Origin: Rhynchobatus australiae
Lineage: Eukaryota
NCBI GenBank assembly: GCA_034780895.1
Contig: JAUZTB010000057.1
Coordinates: 20,531,823-20,595,822, forward strand
DNA: 64,000 bases
Direction: 5' to 3'
How positions within the stretch are numbered: position 1 is the first letter of the stretch; each line of letters starts with the position of its first letter. Positions 15,714-32,154 of the stretch are shown here, in pieces. Made by a program: the position numbers and the translations under genes. Below the pieces are notes generated by a model that made no database searches, had not been told where the DNA came from, and saw only the letters and a list, made by a program, of their open reading frames with translations.

Positions 15714-15968
15714 TAAATTGTATGGTATCATTGCTGCTGAGTAGTGACCTAAACTGGCTGAATGAATTCTAGTCTTGCATTGTCGCAGCAATGTCTTGGA
15801 GCAGACCTTATGCCTGCAGCCATTGTTTATTATAGATGATGGAATCCACTGCCTAAAATTAGTCCCCTCAAAACCAGCTCAGAGTACAGACTGCTAGAAA
15901 ATCATTAAGAATGGTGAGTTTGGTGCAGTCAAGAAGACATAGTAACTGTTTATCTTTTGTTTTTGTAG

Positions 15969-16199
<231 letters not shown>

Positions 16200-17455
16200 T
16201 AGGAAAAAATACCTTCTGGTAACTAGTGCTAAAAAGGAAATGTGAACTAATTATAAATATTTGACAGTCAAATGTGTCCTTGGAGGAAGAGATCACTACT
16301 TGAGCATGGAAATTCTCTCACTTTATCTTCAAATACTCAGTGGAGTGTCCTGCATGGATTTCAGCTCTTAGGTTTTATGATTTTCATGTTCATGAGTGTC
16401 TGAGAATCCACTGTTACTGACTAAATTGAACATTTATGTAACCAATGGGCTACAGTGGTCAGTGTTCCAAGGTGTCATAATGGATTTATTAACTCTGATG
16501 TAGGTCATGAAGGTATGATTTAGATGTAATGTCCAGCATTGATACCTGCAGGTCCTGTTGATAACATTAATTTGTAGATAGGTCTTCAGAACCACACTCA
16601 GCAGGGTGTAGAGTGTTTGGTTTTGTGGTTTCTCTGGATAACAAGTGTTATGTTGAAGTGAAGATGATTCCAGTGTGATGCCTAGCAATAGATTGTTAGA
16701 ATTAAAATATGCCCTTCTGGCTAGGCAGCTATACAGTCATTTAGAAAATTTGATTAATTTGTCATTGACTGTAATTGCTGGTAGCCTACTCTAGATAACC
16801 TTGCAGTGTGACAAGGTAAGCCATTTGTATGGTTCCTTGTAAGACAATTTTAGAATACCGCCAGAACCAGGAAGGTTTTTTCATATCAAAGTAGAACACT
16901 TTTACAAACATTCTCACTCTTCTGAAATAATGTTAGAATGGTCCTTACTGGCTGTTCTCTTGGCCACTAAACTGGTCTTGATTAACTAGATGATTGGGTT
17001 GTGCCTCCCAGTTACGAGCTGTAAATCCATTGGCTTTTGCCAATCTATCTTCAAAGATTTCTGGATTGAGTTGTAGGGTAAAGGAGATGGGATACACTTC
17101 GGACTGAAGAATCCTAGAGTGATAGGGTATTGTCCAATAAATCAGCTCCTGTCAGGTTTTGAAAAATTCTGTTTACATTAGATTAGAGTTGCATAAAATA
17201 AAATAATCGTACAGCACGGGGAAGGCTCTTCGGCCCATTTGTGTCCGTGCCAACCAAGATGCATGTTCCCATTTCCCAGCACTTGGCCCATATCCCTCTA
17301 AACTAGTGTCATCCATAGGTTGTCACTCAAGGTTTAGACACCTTAAATCTACTTTTCCTGTGTGCCAAAAATAAGGGTTGACATGCATTTCCTTTAACAT
17401 TGTAATATTAATAATCTTTGATTTTATGAAACAGCCTGCTACATTTATCCACTGA

Positions 17456-17887
<432 letters not shown>

Positions 17888-19164
17888 TAAGTGACTCAAT
17901 GTTTATCTTGCAGACAAAAAGGGAATGACTTCACAGGGAGAAGAATGTACTTATAAATGAGCTTCCCATACTCTCTACATTTGATTATTGCATTAATACA
18001 TAGTTGATTACGCATAGTAATTCAACTAAAATCATTGCTGACCCTCCATCCTTTAAATAATCTTTGAATATTTTCATGAAGATGGTGGCCATTTAGCAGG
18101 AAAAAAATTTAAGTCAGAATAATGCATTTGAAATTGGTTTTTAAATTAGTGTTTAAAATGCTTTTGCCACTGTTACTTATGAAGACACTGGTTATTCAGA
18201 ATTGTTGAATCTTAGATTGTGGAATTGACACAGCTGGTTGTCAGCGAGCAACAGTGACTCTGAAGGTAATTAATCTTTGTGTTATTGAGTGTACCTCAGC
18301 AGGGATACTGGAATTGGCTTCAATGTCACAGGATTGAGGAAGAGAAATTCAGCCAAGATTCCTTTTCTTGATCACCAAGCTGTAAATCCTACTGAATGTT
18401 TCCATGCTGAGACATAGTGTGCAGAGGTTGCATTGGACTTGACTGTGGCTTCAATTGGTAAAATAATACTTGCAATCTAGGTTCAATTCTTTAACGAAAA
18501 AGGCTTTTGGGCGAACTGTTCCTGGTGCTTGGCAGACAGGACCTTGTTCCAGCCATGTCTGTGAAATTTGATAGAAAGGGGTCAGGTGCTTAGACCTGTT
18601 TTGTGATACTAGTACAAAATTTTACTCTTTACCAAGTTAAAGCTTATTCATTATTTTCATATTTTTAGACTGTTTGTAAATAGTCTGTTTTAGTAGATTG
18701 TTTTATAAAGTATTGTCCCTGTTTCTTGGTATTAAAGAGAATGGATTAAATTGTAACATTAGCCTATGAGAACTATCTTCTTTCAAATGCTGAAGGGTTC
18801 ATTGCAGTGCTTGGTCAACTTGCTCTCTAGCAGCTTACCTTTAGAATTGCAACCACTTTAGTTTATATTGCCACTGTCCACTCTTCCTATCAAATAAGTA
18901 CACGTTTTAAACTTCCTCTGCCTATGTCTGACTAGTTGACCCGTCCAAAATGAAAACAGGGAAATAATGCCCAATTATATACTCAATATTTTGCCTCACT
19001 TTGGTCTTTAAAGTATTTGGGTCCTAGTAGAAAGCTTTTGGATATTCAGTATGTTTTTCTTTAGCTTGTTTCCTTAATTTTTAACCAGTGAATATTGTAA
19101 GTACTAGTTCTTAACTTGATATAAAAATAACTGAGTTTTTGATTTTTTTTATTTGGCTCTTTAG

Positions 19165-19385
<221 letters not shown>

Positions 19386-20504
19386 GTAAGAAAGATCCTG
19401 CTATTAACATTTCATTCCTGTTTCTGGGTATTTCATTAATGGAAGTATATTGCAAGCCTAATAATCTAACTTGTGTTTCTCAGTCTAGCTAATTAAATGG
19501 AAAGCATATTCTGTCTCTCCTAATAGTGTTGTGGAATTTTTTTTGCATTGAAGCTGGGGGAGAACTAACCATATGAAATGATGAGGATTATTTCTATATT
19601 CATCCATATCTATATAATATAAACTGTTTTTATCTGTATGTAACAATTGTAATTATCCCTCCCCCTTCTCAACCTACCTGCTGCTGCTTGGTTATCCAAC
19701 TGAGTGGGGCTGCCTAGTTTTGTCTGTCTAGTTGGAACTAAAGAATTGCATCCAAGGGCTTCCTACTCCATACCATTTTCCTCCAGTGGCCCATGAGGAT
19801 CCATCCTAGTCCCCCTTCTATTTCTCTGTTATAGGCTAACCCACAGCAGCAACATCTGAAAGCACAGCATCAGTTTCTACAAATTGGTTAGCAATTCCTT
19901 GCCCTTTTTTTTCCTCCCTATTCTTTCCCTGTCTGACACTGGGTATTGGATAAGTGATAATTTCCTCGAGCTGAACAGCAGGATGAAATTACCACTTATC
20001 CAATTCAACAAATTCATTCAAGCTACCAGTACCATCCTTCAGCCTGGGAACTGTCTTGAGGTTGAACCAAGAGTGGTAAAACCTGGCTTTACCAAACATA
20101 ATAGCTTTAATTCTGATCTGTTTTTGGAATACTTGTAATGGTCCTCTATTATTGATTTGCAAATATACCTGAACTTCCTCTTTCATTTCCACTATTTGAA
20201 CACTGGTAAATATTGTAGGAACCAAGTTCTTGCACTGTTCCTAATGCTTTGGGGGAAAATTTGTGGAATCCTGATCCAAATTTCAGAATTTGTTCTGAAC
20301 AGAGACCAGGACAAGGTACTGCATTAATCTGTAGAGGGCCCTTTTAAGTAAGCATTGATCGACTAAAAGTATGGACAATCTATTATCTTATTCTTTATTC
20401 TCAATAATAGTGAGTCTATCAGGTAGTCATTGGTTGTCCTCTTTTTTCATAAATGCAACTTAAATCGAAATCAAGAATAATAGAAAGTAGTACAATCTAG
20501 GTAA

Positions 20505-20746
<242 letters not shown>

Positions 20747-21377
20747 GTGAGTACTTTTTAGAAAGGGCAAAGGTTCACTGTCAGCCAGTAAGAGCTTCCC
20801 TTTTATGTTCACCTTCATTAACTATATTTTGGGTTTAATAGTGGTAAACTTCACTCTGTATAAACCTGAATGAAAGTTCTTCAAACCATTAAGCTTTTTT
20901 TCCAAAAATGCACTACAATCATATAATTCAGCTTTTTTGTATTTGGATCTTGTTATTGACCTTGGGCCCTTGAGAATATCTTCCCCTTTTCCCTCAAAGA
21001 AAATTCCTTCTCCATTTATGAATAATGCATAATTGAAGAAATCCTTATGATTTCTTTTTGAAGCTGAAGTCTTCCAGCACCAGAGTTACTTTGGCCTANN
21101 NNNNNNNNNNNNNNNNNNNNNNNNNNNNNNNNNNNNNNNNNNNNNNNNNNNNNNNNNNNNNNNNNNNNNNNNNNNNNNNNNNNNNNNNNNNNNNNNNNTT
21201 CCTTTGGCCTAGGAACATTGCCACATGAATTTGATGCATTGGATCCTGATTTTAGTACTTCCAGCACAGTAGTTTTTTGCATTTATGGAAATAGGTTATC
21301 TTGGTCTAGCTGCATGTTTATAACGTCTGTAGTACCTGTTATTATTGTCAACTAAACACGAAAACTAGTATTTCTAA

Positions 21378-21563
<186 letters not shown>

Positions 21564-22187
21564 TAACAGTGCACATAGTAATTTTATCTTCAAGCACTTA
21601 AAATGCAATTGCAGTGCTAGGCAAAAATTAAAATTATTTGGAACAGTTTGCAAATCAAAATTTGCCTGTACTACGTGTACTTTTGGTCCTCTATAACTGA
21701 GGCACACAATGTAAAGGCCTGTTCTCGCAAACAGATTATGATTTAGAATTCATTTTGCTGCTTTATTGGTGAAATTGAAAGATCATGCGGGAACACTGTT
21801 TGACATGTGCAGGTGACTTCCCAGAACTTTACCCAAGCAATTACTCTTCTTGTGATCTTAAATAATAAACATCTAATGGGCTTTCCTCTGCATCAGTTGT
21901 GCCGTTTTTAAAATGTCATGCATAGATTTTAGCATGTCACTGGATAATAAAGAGAAGGCTACAAATAATTTTCCCCCTCCTCCCCTTCCTCTTTCCAAGT
22001 ATTAAGACAAGGAAGCCAAGCTTACCCACATTGCTGAAACTGGCTAATTGTATCATACTATAGATTAACTCAAACTTTGCTATCCATATAGAGAAATGTA
22101 AGATGGCAAAATGCATTTGTCTATGGAAACACAAAGTCTAAAATAGCTTTGTTCATTCTGTTATGTTATATCTTTGCTTTATTGTAG

Positions 22188-22472
<285 letters not shown>

Positions 22473-23024
22473 TAAATAGTATATATAATTATGGCATGCA
22501 TCACTTTCAAGGGCATGCTTTATAACTTTGTTCTGTAGGTAAATACAGTTGGTTATTTTAGTTAAGATGTGCCACTTTAAAATGCTAGAAGTATCAAATG
22601 TGCAAGTTATGAATCGTGAGAATCCTCCGTCTGTTTCCTGTGCTATTTCATACTAACAACTGATTAATATTCCAGATGTTTAGAATTAGTAGTTTATCAA
22701 TTTTATGCTTGTATGAAGTGACATTTAATTCTAAAATTAATTTTAAAAAAATACTGGAGTTTGCTAATCTTTTTCTGTAGTTAATCTGCATTGTGCATCA
22801 TATAAGAATAAGAATCTGATTCCTCAACCCCACAAGTGGTGTTTTTGTTTGGCTGAGAGGAGTGGTGGGAGTATGGTGGAGGCATTACACGATGTTTAGG
22901 TGTTTCCACAGGCTCTCAGTAGCAAAACCTTGGAAGATTAGTCATCATGCATTTATTGTATATTTAGAACTGGACTAGCTGGTAAAACCCTTGGCCGAAC
23001 CATTTGGAGGCAATTATATTAATG

Positions 23025-23270
23025 GGGTTATGTTACTGGACTAATAATTCAGAGACCTGGCCAATGCTGTAGAGATGAGAACTCAAATCTTGTAATGGTA
23101 GTTGGAGAATGTAATTTATTTTAATAGAACAAATCTTGCAGTTTAAAATGAGTGTTGGTATTGGTACTGGTAACCCTGAAACTAGCACATCTCTGATATT
23201 TAAAAACTGATTTGCACTAGGAAAGGAAATTTGTTGTAAGCATTTGACCTAGTCTGGTCTAAATGTGATT
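23025..23270 (+). mobile_element. SINE-like interspersed repeat (related copy at 38270-38497)
   Basis: gttactggactaataattcagagacc head and ggaaaggaaatttg...tctggtctaaatgtgattc tail; shares blocks with the 38270 copy. Confidence 0.45.
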
Positions 23271-23389
23271 CTTTACACCTTCCCTTTATTGGCAAACCAT
23301 TCAGTTCAGAATGGGGTGAGCACTGTATGCAAGCCTTGATAATTGTGANNNTGTTGTAAATAACCAGGAAGATTTTCTTCAGCTTGGCA

Positions 23390-24142
23390 TGATACTGATC
23401 AGCTGGGCTGTTGATCAGAGCAATGGTAGATGGAATTTAATCCTGACAGGTGTGAAATGATGCATTTTGGAAGTTCAAATAAAGGTAGGACATGCACTAT
23501 AAATGGTAGGGTCCTAGCCTAGGGAATGTTGATGATCGGAGGGACTTTGAGCTTCTTGTCCATAGATCCCTGAAAGTGGCAGCGCTGGTAAATATGATGG
23601 TGAAGAAGGAATGCTAACCTTTAACAGCTGTGGCATAGAATTTGAGAGCAGGGATGTTGTGTTTAAACTTTGTCAAACATTGGTTGGGCCACACTGGAGT
23701 ATTATGTGCAGTTCTGGCTACCAGACGATAGGAATGCTGTGATTGCACTGGAGAAGCTGCAGAGGGTATTCATCAGGATGTTGTATGGATTGGAGCATTT
23801 CAGTTTCAAGGAGAGATTGGATAGACTGGATTTCTTTTCCCAGGAGTGGAGGAGGCTGAGGCTACATGATGTAGATAAATTGAGGGATAAATAGTAACAA
23901 TCCTTTTCCCATGGTGGGGTGCCTTTATTTTAAAATAAGAGGACATAGGTATGAGGTTTAGAGGAGATCTAATAGGGATTTTTTTTTCCCCACACAGAGT
24001 GGAAGCAGAAGCATTTAGGAAGCATCTAGACAAGCTCTTGAATCGTCCAGATATAGAAGGCTGTGGGTCTAGTGTTCAATAGTCAGCATTGANNNNNNNN
24101 NNNNNNNNNNNNNNNNCTGTGTTTAATGGCTCAATGACTCTG
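23390..24142 (+). mobile_element. 5'-truncated CR1 LINE (RT C-terminus and 3' tail)
   Basis: QW.MEFNPDRCEMMHFG and LEYYVQFWLP...ALEKLQRVFIRML...FKERLDRL; tail ctgtgtttaatggctcaatgactct. Confidence 0.85.
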
Positions 24143-24445
24143 CAGTGACCAGTGACACTGTATCCAACAAATTAATTTTAAATAAAACCTAAAGGGATGG
24201 AAGTCTTCTCCATTAGAAAATGAAGCATGCAGCCTAAAAATAACTACAGTTTTTTGGTGGGAAATTTACTTAAATCTGTAAATAATAACTCCATTGTCTC
24301 CTAGTGCTCCATGCATTTCATAACATTTAAACCAGCCTGTTAATGGTGTATTTAATGATGCAGCCAAGTCTAGTAAGGACAAGGGATTATTTTAAATAAG
24401 TAAGCTAAGCAGCTGTGGCTTTTTAGGAGTGACTGACTTTTGTAA

Positions 24446-24625
<180 letters not shown>

Positions 24626-26055
24626 TGATCGCTTATAAATAAATTTTTAAAAATGATTNNNNNNNNNNNNNNNNNNNNNNNNNNNNNNNNNNNNNNNNNN
24701 NNNNNNNNNNNNNNNNNNNNNNNNNNNNNNNNNNNNNNNNNNNNNNNNNNNNNNNNNNTAAATAAATTTTTAAAAATGATTGCAACATTTAAGTTCAATA
24801 CTTTGTTCTGGAATATTCTTAAAAACTTAGTTTGCCAGTAAATACTTCACAAATTAGTTCTCTGAAATATTAATGCAAGTTATGTTTCCAAACAATTTTG
24901 TTACCTAAGTGGCTAGCAGGTCATTACTATTGCCCTTGTTTCTTCCCTTGATTATTGAATGCTTCTCATACTTATCTAATTCCCACAAATATCAGCTCTG
25001 TTACCATAGCTGCTCAATGTCTAATAGCATTTTACAAACTGGTTTACCAGAAGTTCCAGCACCAGCCCAGGGGTTTTGCTGGCAGAAATTCACTTGTGTA
25101 TTTTTTCATAATCTTGAGCACTTGTGTTCAATTCTTGTCTCTCTTTAATCCTTCCTCTCCTAGTGAATACATTCCTAGTTCAGATTTCTGATCGTTTTAT
25201 TCTATTTTGTCCTTGGCATTATGATTTTCTTTGATAATTTACCACTTCATCTTTCTTGTATTCAGTATTGGTGTATATAACACATCCCATTTTCTTCACT
25301 ACAGTCCATTTTTAATGCATGTATCATTAAGTGGACAGTTCCTCAATCTTGGAGAACCTAACCCTTTTCCCAATCTGGAAAATATCTGCTAGGTGCAGAT
25401 TGTTGCTCCAATGTTAGACACTTATTCTTGTTTTGCTGGGCAGGAGAGATTTAGTAAAATTTTACATTTTACTATGGGTTCTTAATACTGTTACATAAAG
25501 CTCATCATAACCAAGATAATGGTAGCTCTTTCACTGTAAAGGTTCAGTCCTTTTCCAGTGTAATTTTCATTGCCTGGGTCACGATATTTTCATTCTCTAA
25601 ATCATAATTATTAAAGAAAAGCAACTAATTTTGCATCTTTCATTCTTCTGGTGGTAACTTAGCTTTTTTTTCTTGTCAAGCAACCTTGCACTATTTACCC
25701 TTTCTAAACTTCACTGCAGTTGATAGGAAACATGTCTATACAATTTTCTACCCTCCCACAACCAGTCTCCATCCCATTGTGAAAATCCTATCTTTTTCAA
25801 GCTAGTCTTTTTAATGGTAACCTTTCAGTTTTAGTATTATTCTTGGCTTTAGATTTCAATAATTTGAAGAGAGGAGTGTTAAGGGTTAAATGTGTGGACT
25901 GTGTGTGATTTTAAAACCACCCGAATAAGACTTGTTATAATTGCCTGCATATTAGTAATTGGAATGTAAATTAGGTTTTGTTCATTGCTTCATTTTGGAG
26001 TTGAATGGTGTCGTGGAGTTTGGCACTGGATNNNNNNNNNNNNNNNNNNNNNNNN

Positions 26056-26325
<270 letters not shown>

Positions 26326-27206
26326 CTGAAATAGAGCTGTCGTGGAATAGTTTCGTGGAAAAGACATGGCATTTGATTAACTTCTACCAAAATTTTTATC
26401 ATTTAAACACCTGATTCCAAGAGTCTGTTTCTGCTGAATTTCATACGAACCCATGTATGGATGAAGTTAATATTTTTTCCTGAACTTAAATGAAACAGGA
26501 TTGATTTTTACACAATTTAAAAAAAACTTATAAAAAAAATCAAGCTGTGCATTGACGTGTACAGAGATTAATACTATTTTCTGCAGTATTTTGTTTTTGT
26601 AGATGAAACAGCATGTACAGATGTGTTCTGTTTACTAATTTGTTCATCTTTTGTGTATAAATTAAGAACCAGTGAGCCAATGGATGTATTTTTTTTGGCT
26701 AAAGATGTGGAACAATTACTTGAGAATGTTAAATTCTTTGGAAAAAATTTTAAAAATAATTCCATAGGTTGTCACCTCATGGCTGTTTTGGTTGGGTTCT
26801 ATTTTAGACTTCGTGCCTTCTGTCCTTTTTTGTTTAGTCCAAACTCCTTATTTTCTGCACTCAGCAGAGTACTGCTACCTCAGCCTGCTCTTTGTTTTAT
26901 TTCCTGTAATCATTTCTGTGTTCTCAGCTCTGTCTTGTTTGCAGTCCCACCTTGCTTGAGGTATGCTGATACGTCCCTGTGCAGAACACACTATTTCCCC
27001 CAACCCTAGCCCACTCCCTGCCCACAACATTCCTTCACCCAGCCTCGTATTGCTTTTTTACATTTTTTTTTCTCCCAGTGAGTTTAAAGAATATTTATTT
27101 AAAGCACTAATTGTATATTGTAATGGTCTTAGCAGATTTCTTTGCTTTTTGCCACTTCACCTTGAATGTTTCTAAGTCAAGGGTTAATTCAGATGTCAAG
27201 AAAAAT

Positions 27207-27212
27207 AATAAA
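27207..27212 (+). terminator. ATP2A2: Candidate poly(A) signal for SERCA2b-type transcripts
   Basis: AATAAA about 880 nt downstream of the 2b stop codon; position only, no transcript data. Confidence 0.35.
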
Positions 27213-28634
27213 ATGTTTTGGACTGAGAAAAGAATTTCTCAATGTCTCTTTTAATCAGGCCGACTCACTCATGTAGTTCCTTCAAATGCAATACAAAAAC
27301 CCTGGATCTTGTTGTTTTTAGGTCTTATTTGTTAGTCTCTTAATTTTCACATAAAATTGAACAAGGTTTGAAGAAATATTTTAGTCGTGTATTTGAAAAC
27401 ACTTAAGTAGCTGAAAGCTAATTATGTTTAGATGCTAAAGCTGAGCACAAACATGCAACAGCGATATTTTAAAACTAGAAAATGTAGACGCAAGCTGTAA
27501 GTAGCACACAACCAAATAATCATTTGACATAATGTATAGAACTAAAAGTAAATTTTAACATACTATCATTATACTAACTTATTACAGCTGTAATAATCTA
27601 AATGTTGGATAATAGTGTTCTAAAGCATGTTTTCTAAAGTGAAATTTAAGTGAGGTGGTTTTTACATGTGTTAACAAACCTAACAATGGTGTTTTCTTCA
27701 ATGCCTTCCAAAAACCATCATTTAAAGTGAGTATATTTACATTTTGTAATTGCCTCATTCCAGTTCTGGATCTCTGTCCTGAGTTTAGTCCAGGATTCTG
27801 GTATATTAGATCAACACAGGTGACTTTATGGATCTTTTAAAGCACGCAGAAATTATTTTTTAAATTTAGTTCTTTCATTGTGAAATTTAATGTATTAATT
27901 AATGCAGTACTTTTCTGGAAAGAAGTGATCTTTGTTTAGGATTAGATATTTCTGTATACAATTAGTAGTTCATTGGTAGTAAACTGTAAATTATACATTT
28001 TGAATGTACAAATAGTGATTGTATCTGAATCCTGGATCAGACTGCCTTCAGCATGCTTGTACGTTAACACTTCGCTTTCAAACACATTAATCCAGATGGA
28101 GAAATCAGATGAAAGCAGTTGAGATTTTTTTAACAACTAAAAATAATGGCTTTTTGTTTCAAAAGAGTAATTTTAAAGAGGAAACTTGACTTTACTGCAA
28201 GATGTTTATTTCAACATTTCCACATTTGAAAAGGGGCAGTCATTTCTTCAGCTGCTTTCAGCATTAAATGGTAACATAGATGGCATGTATGTGACTCTTA
28301 AATGACTCTCAGTGCTTACATTGGGTTTGTTCTGAAGGCTCAATTATGATAATAGACCATTTTCTCATTTAATTTAGACATAAAACAGTATGAATGTGAG
28401 GTTCTAAAGGATTGACAGTGGCACCTTAATTAGGCCAACCCTCACTTCTGAATGCCATCTGCATCTTATAACAGCAACATTGTCAATACTCCAACTGAAC
28501 CGTAAAGATGAATTTCTTGAGCTAATTTTAAAACTAGATCTGGACTGTTTGTTATTTAGTGACTTGTGAAGGCAGCTTCTCCCATGGACCATGTTTGCTT
28601 AATGAAAACGATTCTATGGATCCAGTCAAAAAAC

Positions 28635-28738
28635 AAAAGTAACTGTAGATGTAGTAAATCAAAGTATATGCTGGAAATACTCAGTAGATTAGGAGGTTCT
28701 AATGAAAAGGTCAATGACCTGAAATGTTGAATCTGTTT
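28635..28738 (+). mobile_element. Penelope-type terminal repeat, left half (right half at about 30615-30675)
   Basis: tgctggaaatactcagtagattagg followed by the hammerhead-like ctaatgaaaaggtcaatgacctgaaatgttga. Confidence 0.55.
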
Positions 28739-30600
28739 AAGAACCCATAAGAACAGCAGGAATGGTCAATTGCCCCCTTGAGCCTCCTCTGCCAATGACT
28801 AATTGAATCTAAGCCTCAGCACCTTTCCCTTCATACCCCTTAACCTCCTGTAGTTTAAATATCTGTTGGTCTTCTTCTGCAGATACATTCAATGATTTGT
28901 CTCCATGGCTGTTTGGGATAGAATTCCAAATAATTGCAACCCTCTGAGTAAAGACATCCCTCCTCATGTCTGCTTATAGATGGCCAACTCTTATTCTGAA
29001 GCTATATCCTCTAGTTCTAAATAGCCCTACTAGGGGAAAAATCCTCTCAGCATCTGGTCTGTCAAACCCCCTTAGAATTCTAATTTTATGAATTGAAGTA
29101 AAATCACTCTCTAATGAACTATTGGNNNNNNNNNNNNNNNNNNNNNNNNNNNNNNNNNNNNNNNNNNNNNNNNNNNNNNNNNNNNNNNNNNNNNNNNNNN
29201 NNNNNNNNNNNNNNNNNNNNNNNNNTGAAGTAAAATCACTCTCTAATGAACTATTGGAGCAATACTCAAACTTTCTTGTATCAACCTCTTCATCCCAGGA
29301 AGCACTCTAGTGAACCTTCTCTGCATTGCATCCAGCGCAAATAAAATATTCTTAATAGGAAGACAAAAACTATATGCAGTATTCCATCTACAGTCTAACC
29401 AGGCCCCGTAAAGTTGCATGTAAACTTCCTTGCATGTATCATCCTTGCAATTGAGGTCAACATTCCATCAGTCTTCCTAATTACATGTAGTTGTATGCTA
29501 GCCTTTTACATTTCATGTACTTTGACGCCCAACATTTTGTAATCTCGATCTGTTTCAATTTGTTTTTTGTTTCATTCTTCCACATTATACTCCATCTGCC
29601 AACTTCCTGCCCACTGATTTTAATATTCTTGTATTCCTTTGGAAGCTCTTTGCCTCCTTGCTACTTGCGAAACCCACCTTTTTTTGGTATCATCAACAAA
29701 TTTTGCTACTTTACACTCTGTCAAATCACCCAGGTCATTAACATGGAGTATAAATAATTGAGTCCTCAGCACTGGTCCCTGAGGCATCCCACAGCTTCCT
29801 GAGTACCAATCTGAAAATGATCCATTTATCCCAACTCTCCATTTTCTATAAGTTGGTTTGCCAGTATATTATCCCCAACCTCTGTTATCCTGTGCAGTCA
29901 CCATTTATGAGACAACCTTTCAAATGTATTTGGAAGTCCAAATGCACTACATTCACTGGTTCCTCCTTTATTCATACTCAAGAACGCTACCAAATTTGTC
30001 ACACAATTTTCCTTTCTTAAAACCATGTTAATTGCTTGATTGTCTACTGTTTCTTAAAAATGCCCTGCTATTACCTCAATAGTAGATTCTAGCATTTCCC
30101 CAACTATGGATACTAAGCCAGCTGACCTCTTTAGTTTCCTGCTTTATATCCTCTCTTGAAAGGTGGCATAACTGTTAGGGTTTTCCACCCCTCTTTGACT
30201 TCTCCAGAATCCTGGGAATTTTAGTAGATTACAACCAGTTCATCCACTATCTCTGAAAGCACTTTTTAAACTTTAGATTTGCAAGTCATCCGATCTCGGG
30301 GACTTGTTAGCCTTAACCCCAGTCGCTTACCTAGTACTTTTTGTTCTAGTGATTGTTTTATATTCCACCCTCCTTGTAACTCCCTGATTATCTACCATCA
30401 TTGGGATGTTTTTAGTGTCTCCACCATGGAAACGGAACCAAAATAATTATTTGGAATCACTGCCATTTCCCATTATTAACTTCTCCATCTCCTGTAAGGA
30501 ACCAGTGCTTAGGCACACCTTTTTATATACTTTTAGAAGCTGTTATTCTCTTTATATTATTTGTTTATTCTTGTACTCTAACTCTAATTCTTTTACACAT
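28739..30600 (-). mobile_element. Degenerate CR1 LINE in ATP2A2 intron 20
   Basis: Starts with a reversed tail (aagaacccataagaacagcaggaatggtc...ttgagcctcctctgcca); reversed RT motifs, e.g. tggaagtccaaatgcactacattcac = VNVVHLDF. Confidence 0.8.
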
Positions 30601-31884
30601 CCTTTGAATTTTGCTTTTCTTTCCCCAAAGAATCTGCTTGATCAGCTGAGTTTTTCCAGCATTATCTTTTATTTCGTAAGAAGGCAATGTTTTTCTTGAT
30701 ACTTAAACATGTACCTTTCTATTAGCCTCGTTCTTTTTTGCGCTGTGTAAGAGTTGGGAGGAGTGGAAGGAAGGGGGAATAGAACCCTCTGCTTTTATTA
30801 CGGTTGTGCATTTATTACAGCTTTGTTTAAACTTTGGTCTATATTACCCATTGGTTTTTAATCACCCTTCAGCCTTTCAATAAAAGGCAAGAGGAACAGA
30901 CCAAGCATTTGGAATAACACAGACCAGCTTTTCATGGAATCCTGTTTTAAGATGTATTCTAAAATAAAGTGGAAAGGATGTTGCTTGCAGAAATTTTACT
31001 TTTCTCCTATCATTGAGAATCCACATTTGGGGATGCCTTNNNNNNNNNNNNNNNNNNNNNNNNNNNNNNNNNNNNNNNNNNNNNNNNNNNNNNNNNNNNN
31101 NNNNNNNNNNNNNNNNNNNNNNNNNNNNNNNNNNNNNNNATTTGGGGATGCCTTAGCTATTCTAAGGCATACAAGAAAATAGGATATTCTGTTATAATCT
31201 CCATTGTGCTGATTTCACCAGAGTGACAATTAGGTTCTCCACATGCCTGTTGATGAAGAAAATCTGTCAGGGTTCCAGATCATCATTAATACTGAATGTC
31301 AGCTGAGAACAAGACCAGACTGAAACCGTACTTGATGTTGAAGGTTGCTTGTAAATAATTTGAGTTAGAAACTTGAGGACAACTGAAGTGTATAGAATAG
31401 TGTATGGAGAATCAACTTGAGTGGCTTTGGGGAGGAATTAAACAGGGCACATTAGTGATGTTCAGACTGGAGTGATAGGGCTAATGTTCAATCCTTAGAA
31501 CCTCCATTGACCAATTCTTATTTTAGCCCTATTATGCTTGGGGAGAAGGAGGTGGAGAGGTGATGAGCACAATGTCCAGCAGATGGCGTTCAGCGCTTCC
31601 TATTTGGCTACACATTGCTGAAAGGAACAAATTTTAATAGAAGTATGGAAAAAGCATGTGTACAGCTTAATACTGAAAGAAAAATCTACAGAAGAACTGA
31701 CATGCCAAAATTGATATAAGCTATTATTGATGGGGGGAAAATTCAATATTCCAATTGCATTGCTTTCGACTGGGTAATGGTATTTAATAGCAGTGTTTGC
31801 ACATGGTGCCTGTATTCTGTCATTCTTTTCACCCCCACANNNNNNNNNNNNNNNNNNNNNNNNNNNNNTCATTCACTCTCACAG

Positions 31885-31899
31885 TTCCTTTATAACCTG
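31885..31899 (+). CDS. ATP2A2: Candidate 15-nt alternative micro-exon giving C-terminus ...LEPVPL*
   Basis: tcattcactctcacag| acceptor, TTCCTTTATAACCTG, |gtacgt donor; in-frame TAA at 31893-31895 when spliced to the donor at 26176. Confidence 0.55.
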
Positions 31900-32154
31900 G
31901 TACGTGATGTCTACCTGTAGCACGGTTGCTTTAAGTGTTTACAAAACAGAAGTTGCTTGTTCTTAAAAAAAAATTGTGATTCACATTCCTCAGAATGGCT
32001 TGTATATCATCTTCTATTGGAAATGCTTCCTATCACTGTCAGTAAGCAGTGTCCAGCACTCTGCTTGCTTGCTTTTCCAGAGCAAACTTGATAACTCTTA
32101 AGAAATGCATTATTTGAGCATCTAAGCTGATTATTTTTCTCAATTTCTCAACAG

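Noticed and set aside
32071-32091. Alternative acceptor gcttttccag| giving the tail EQT*
   Set aside because: Possible, but it overlaps the YGCY cluster and is not directly followed by the 2a-like UTR; the 32155 acceptor is better supported.
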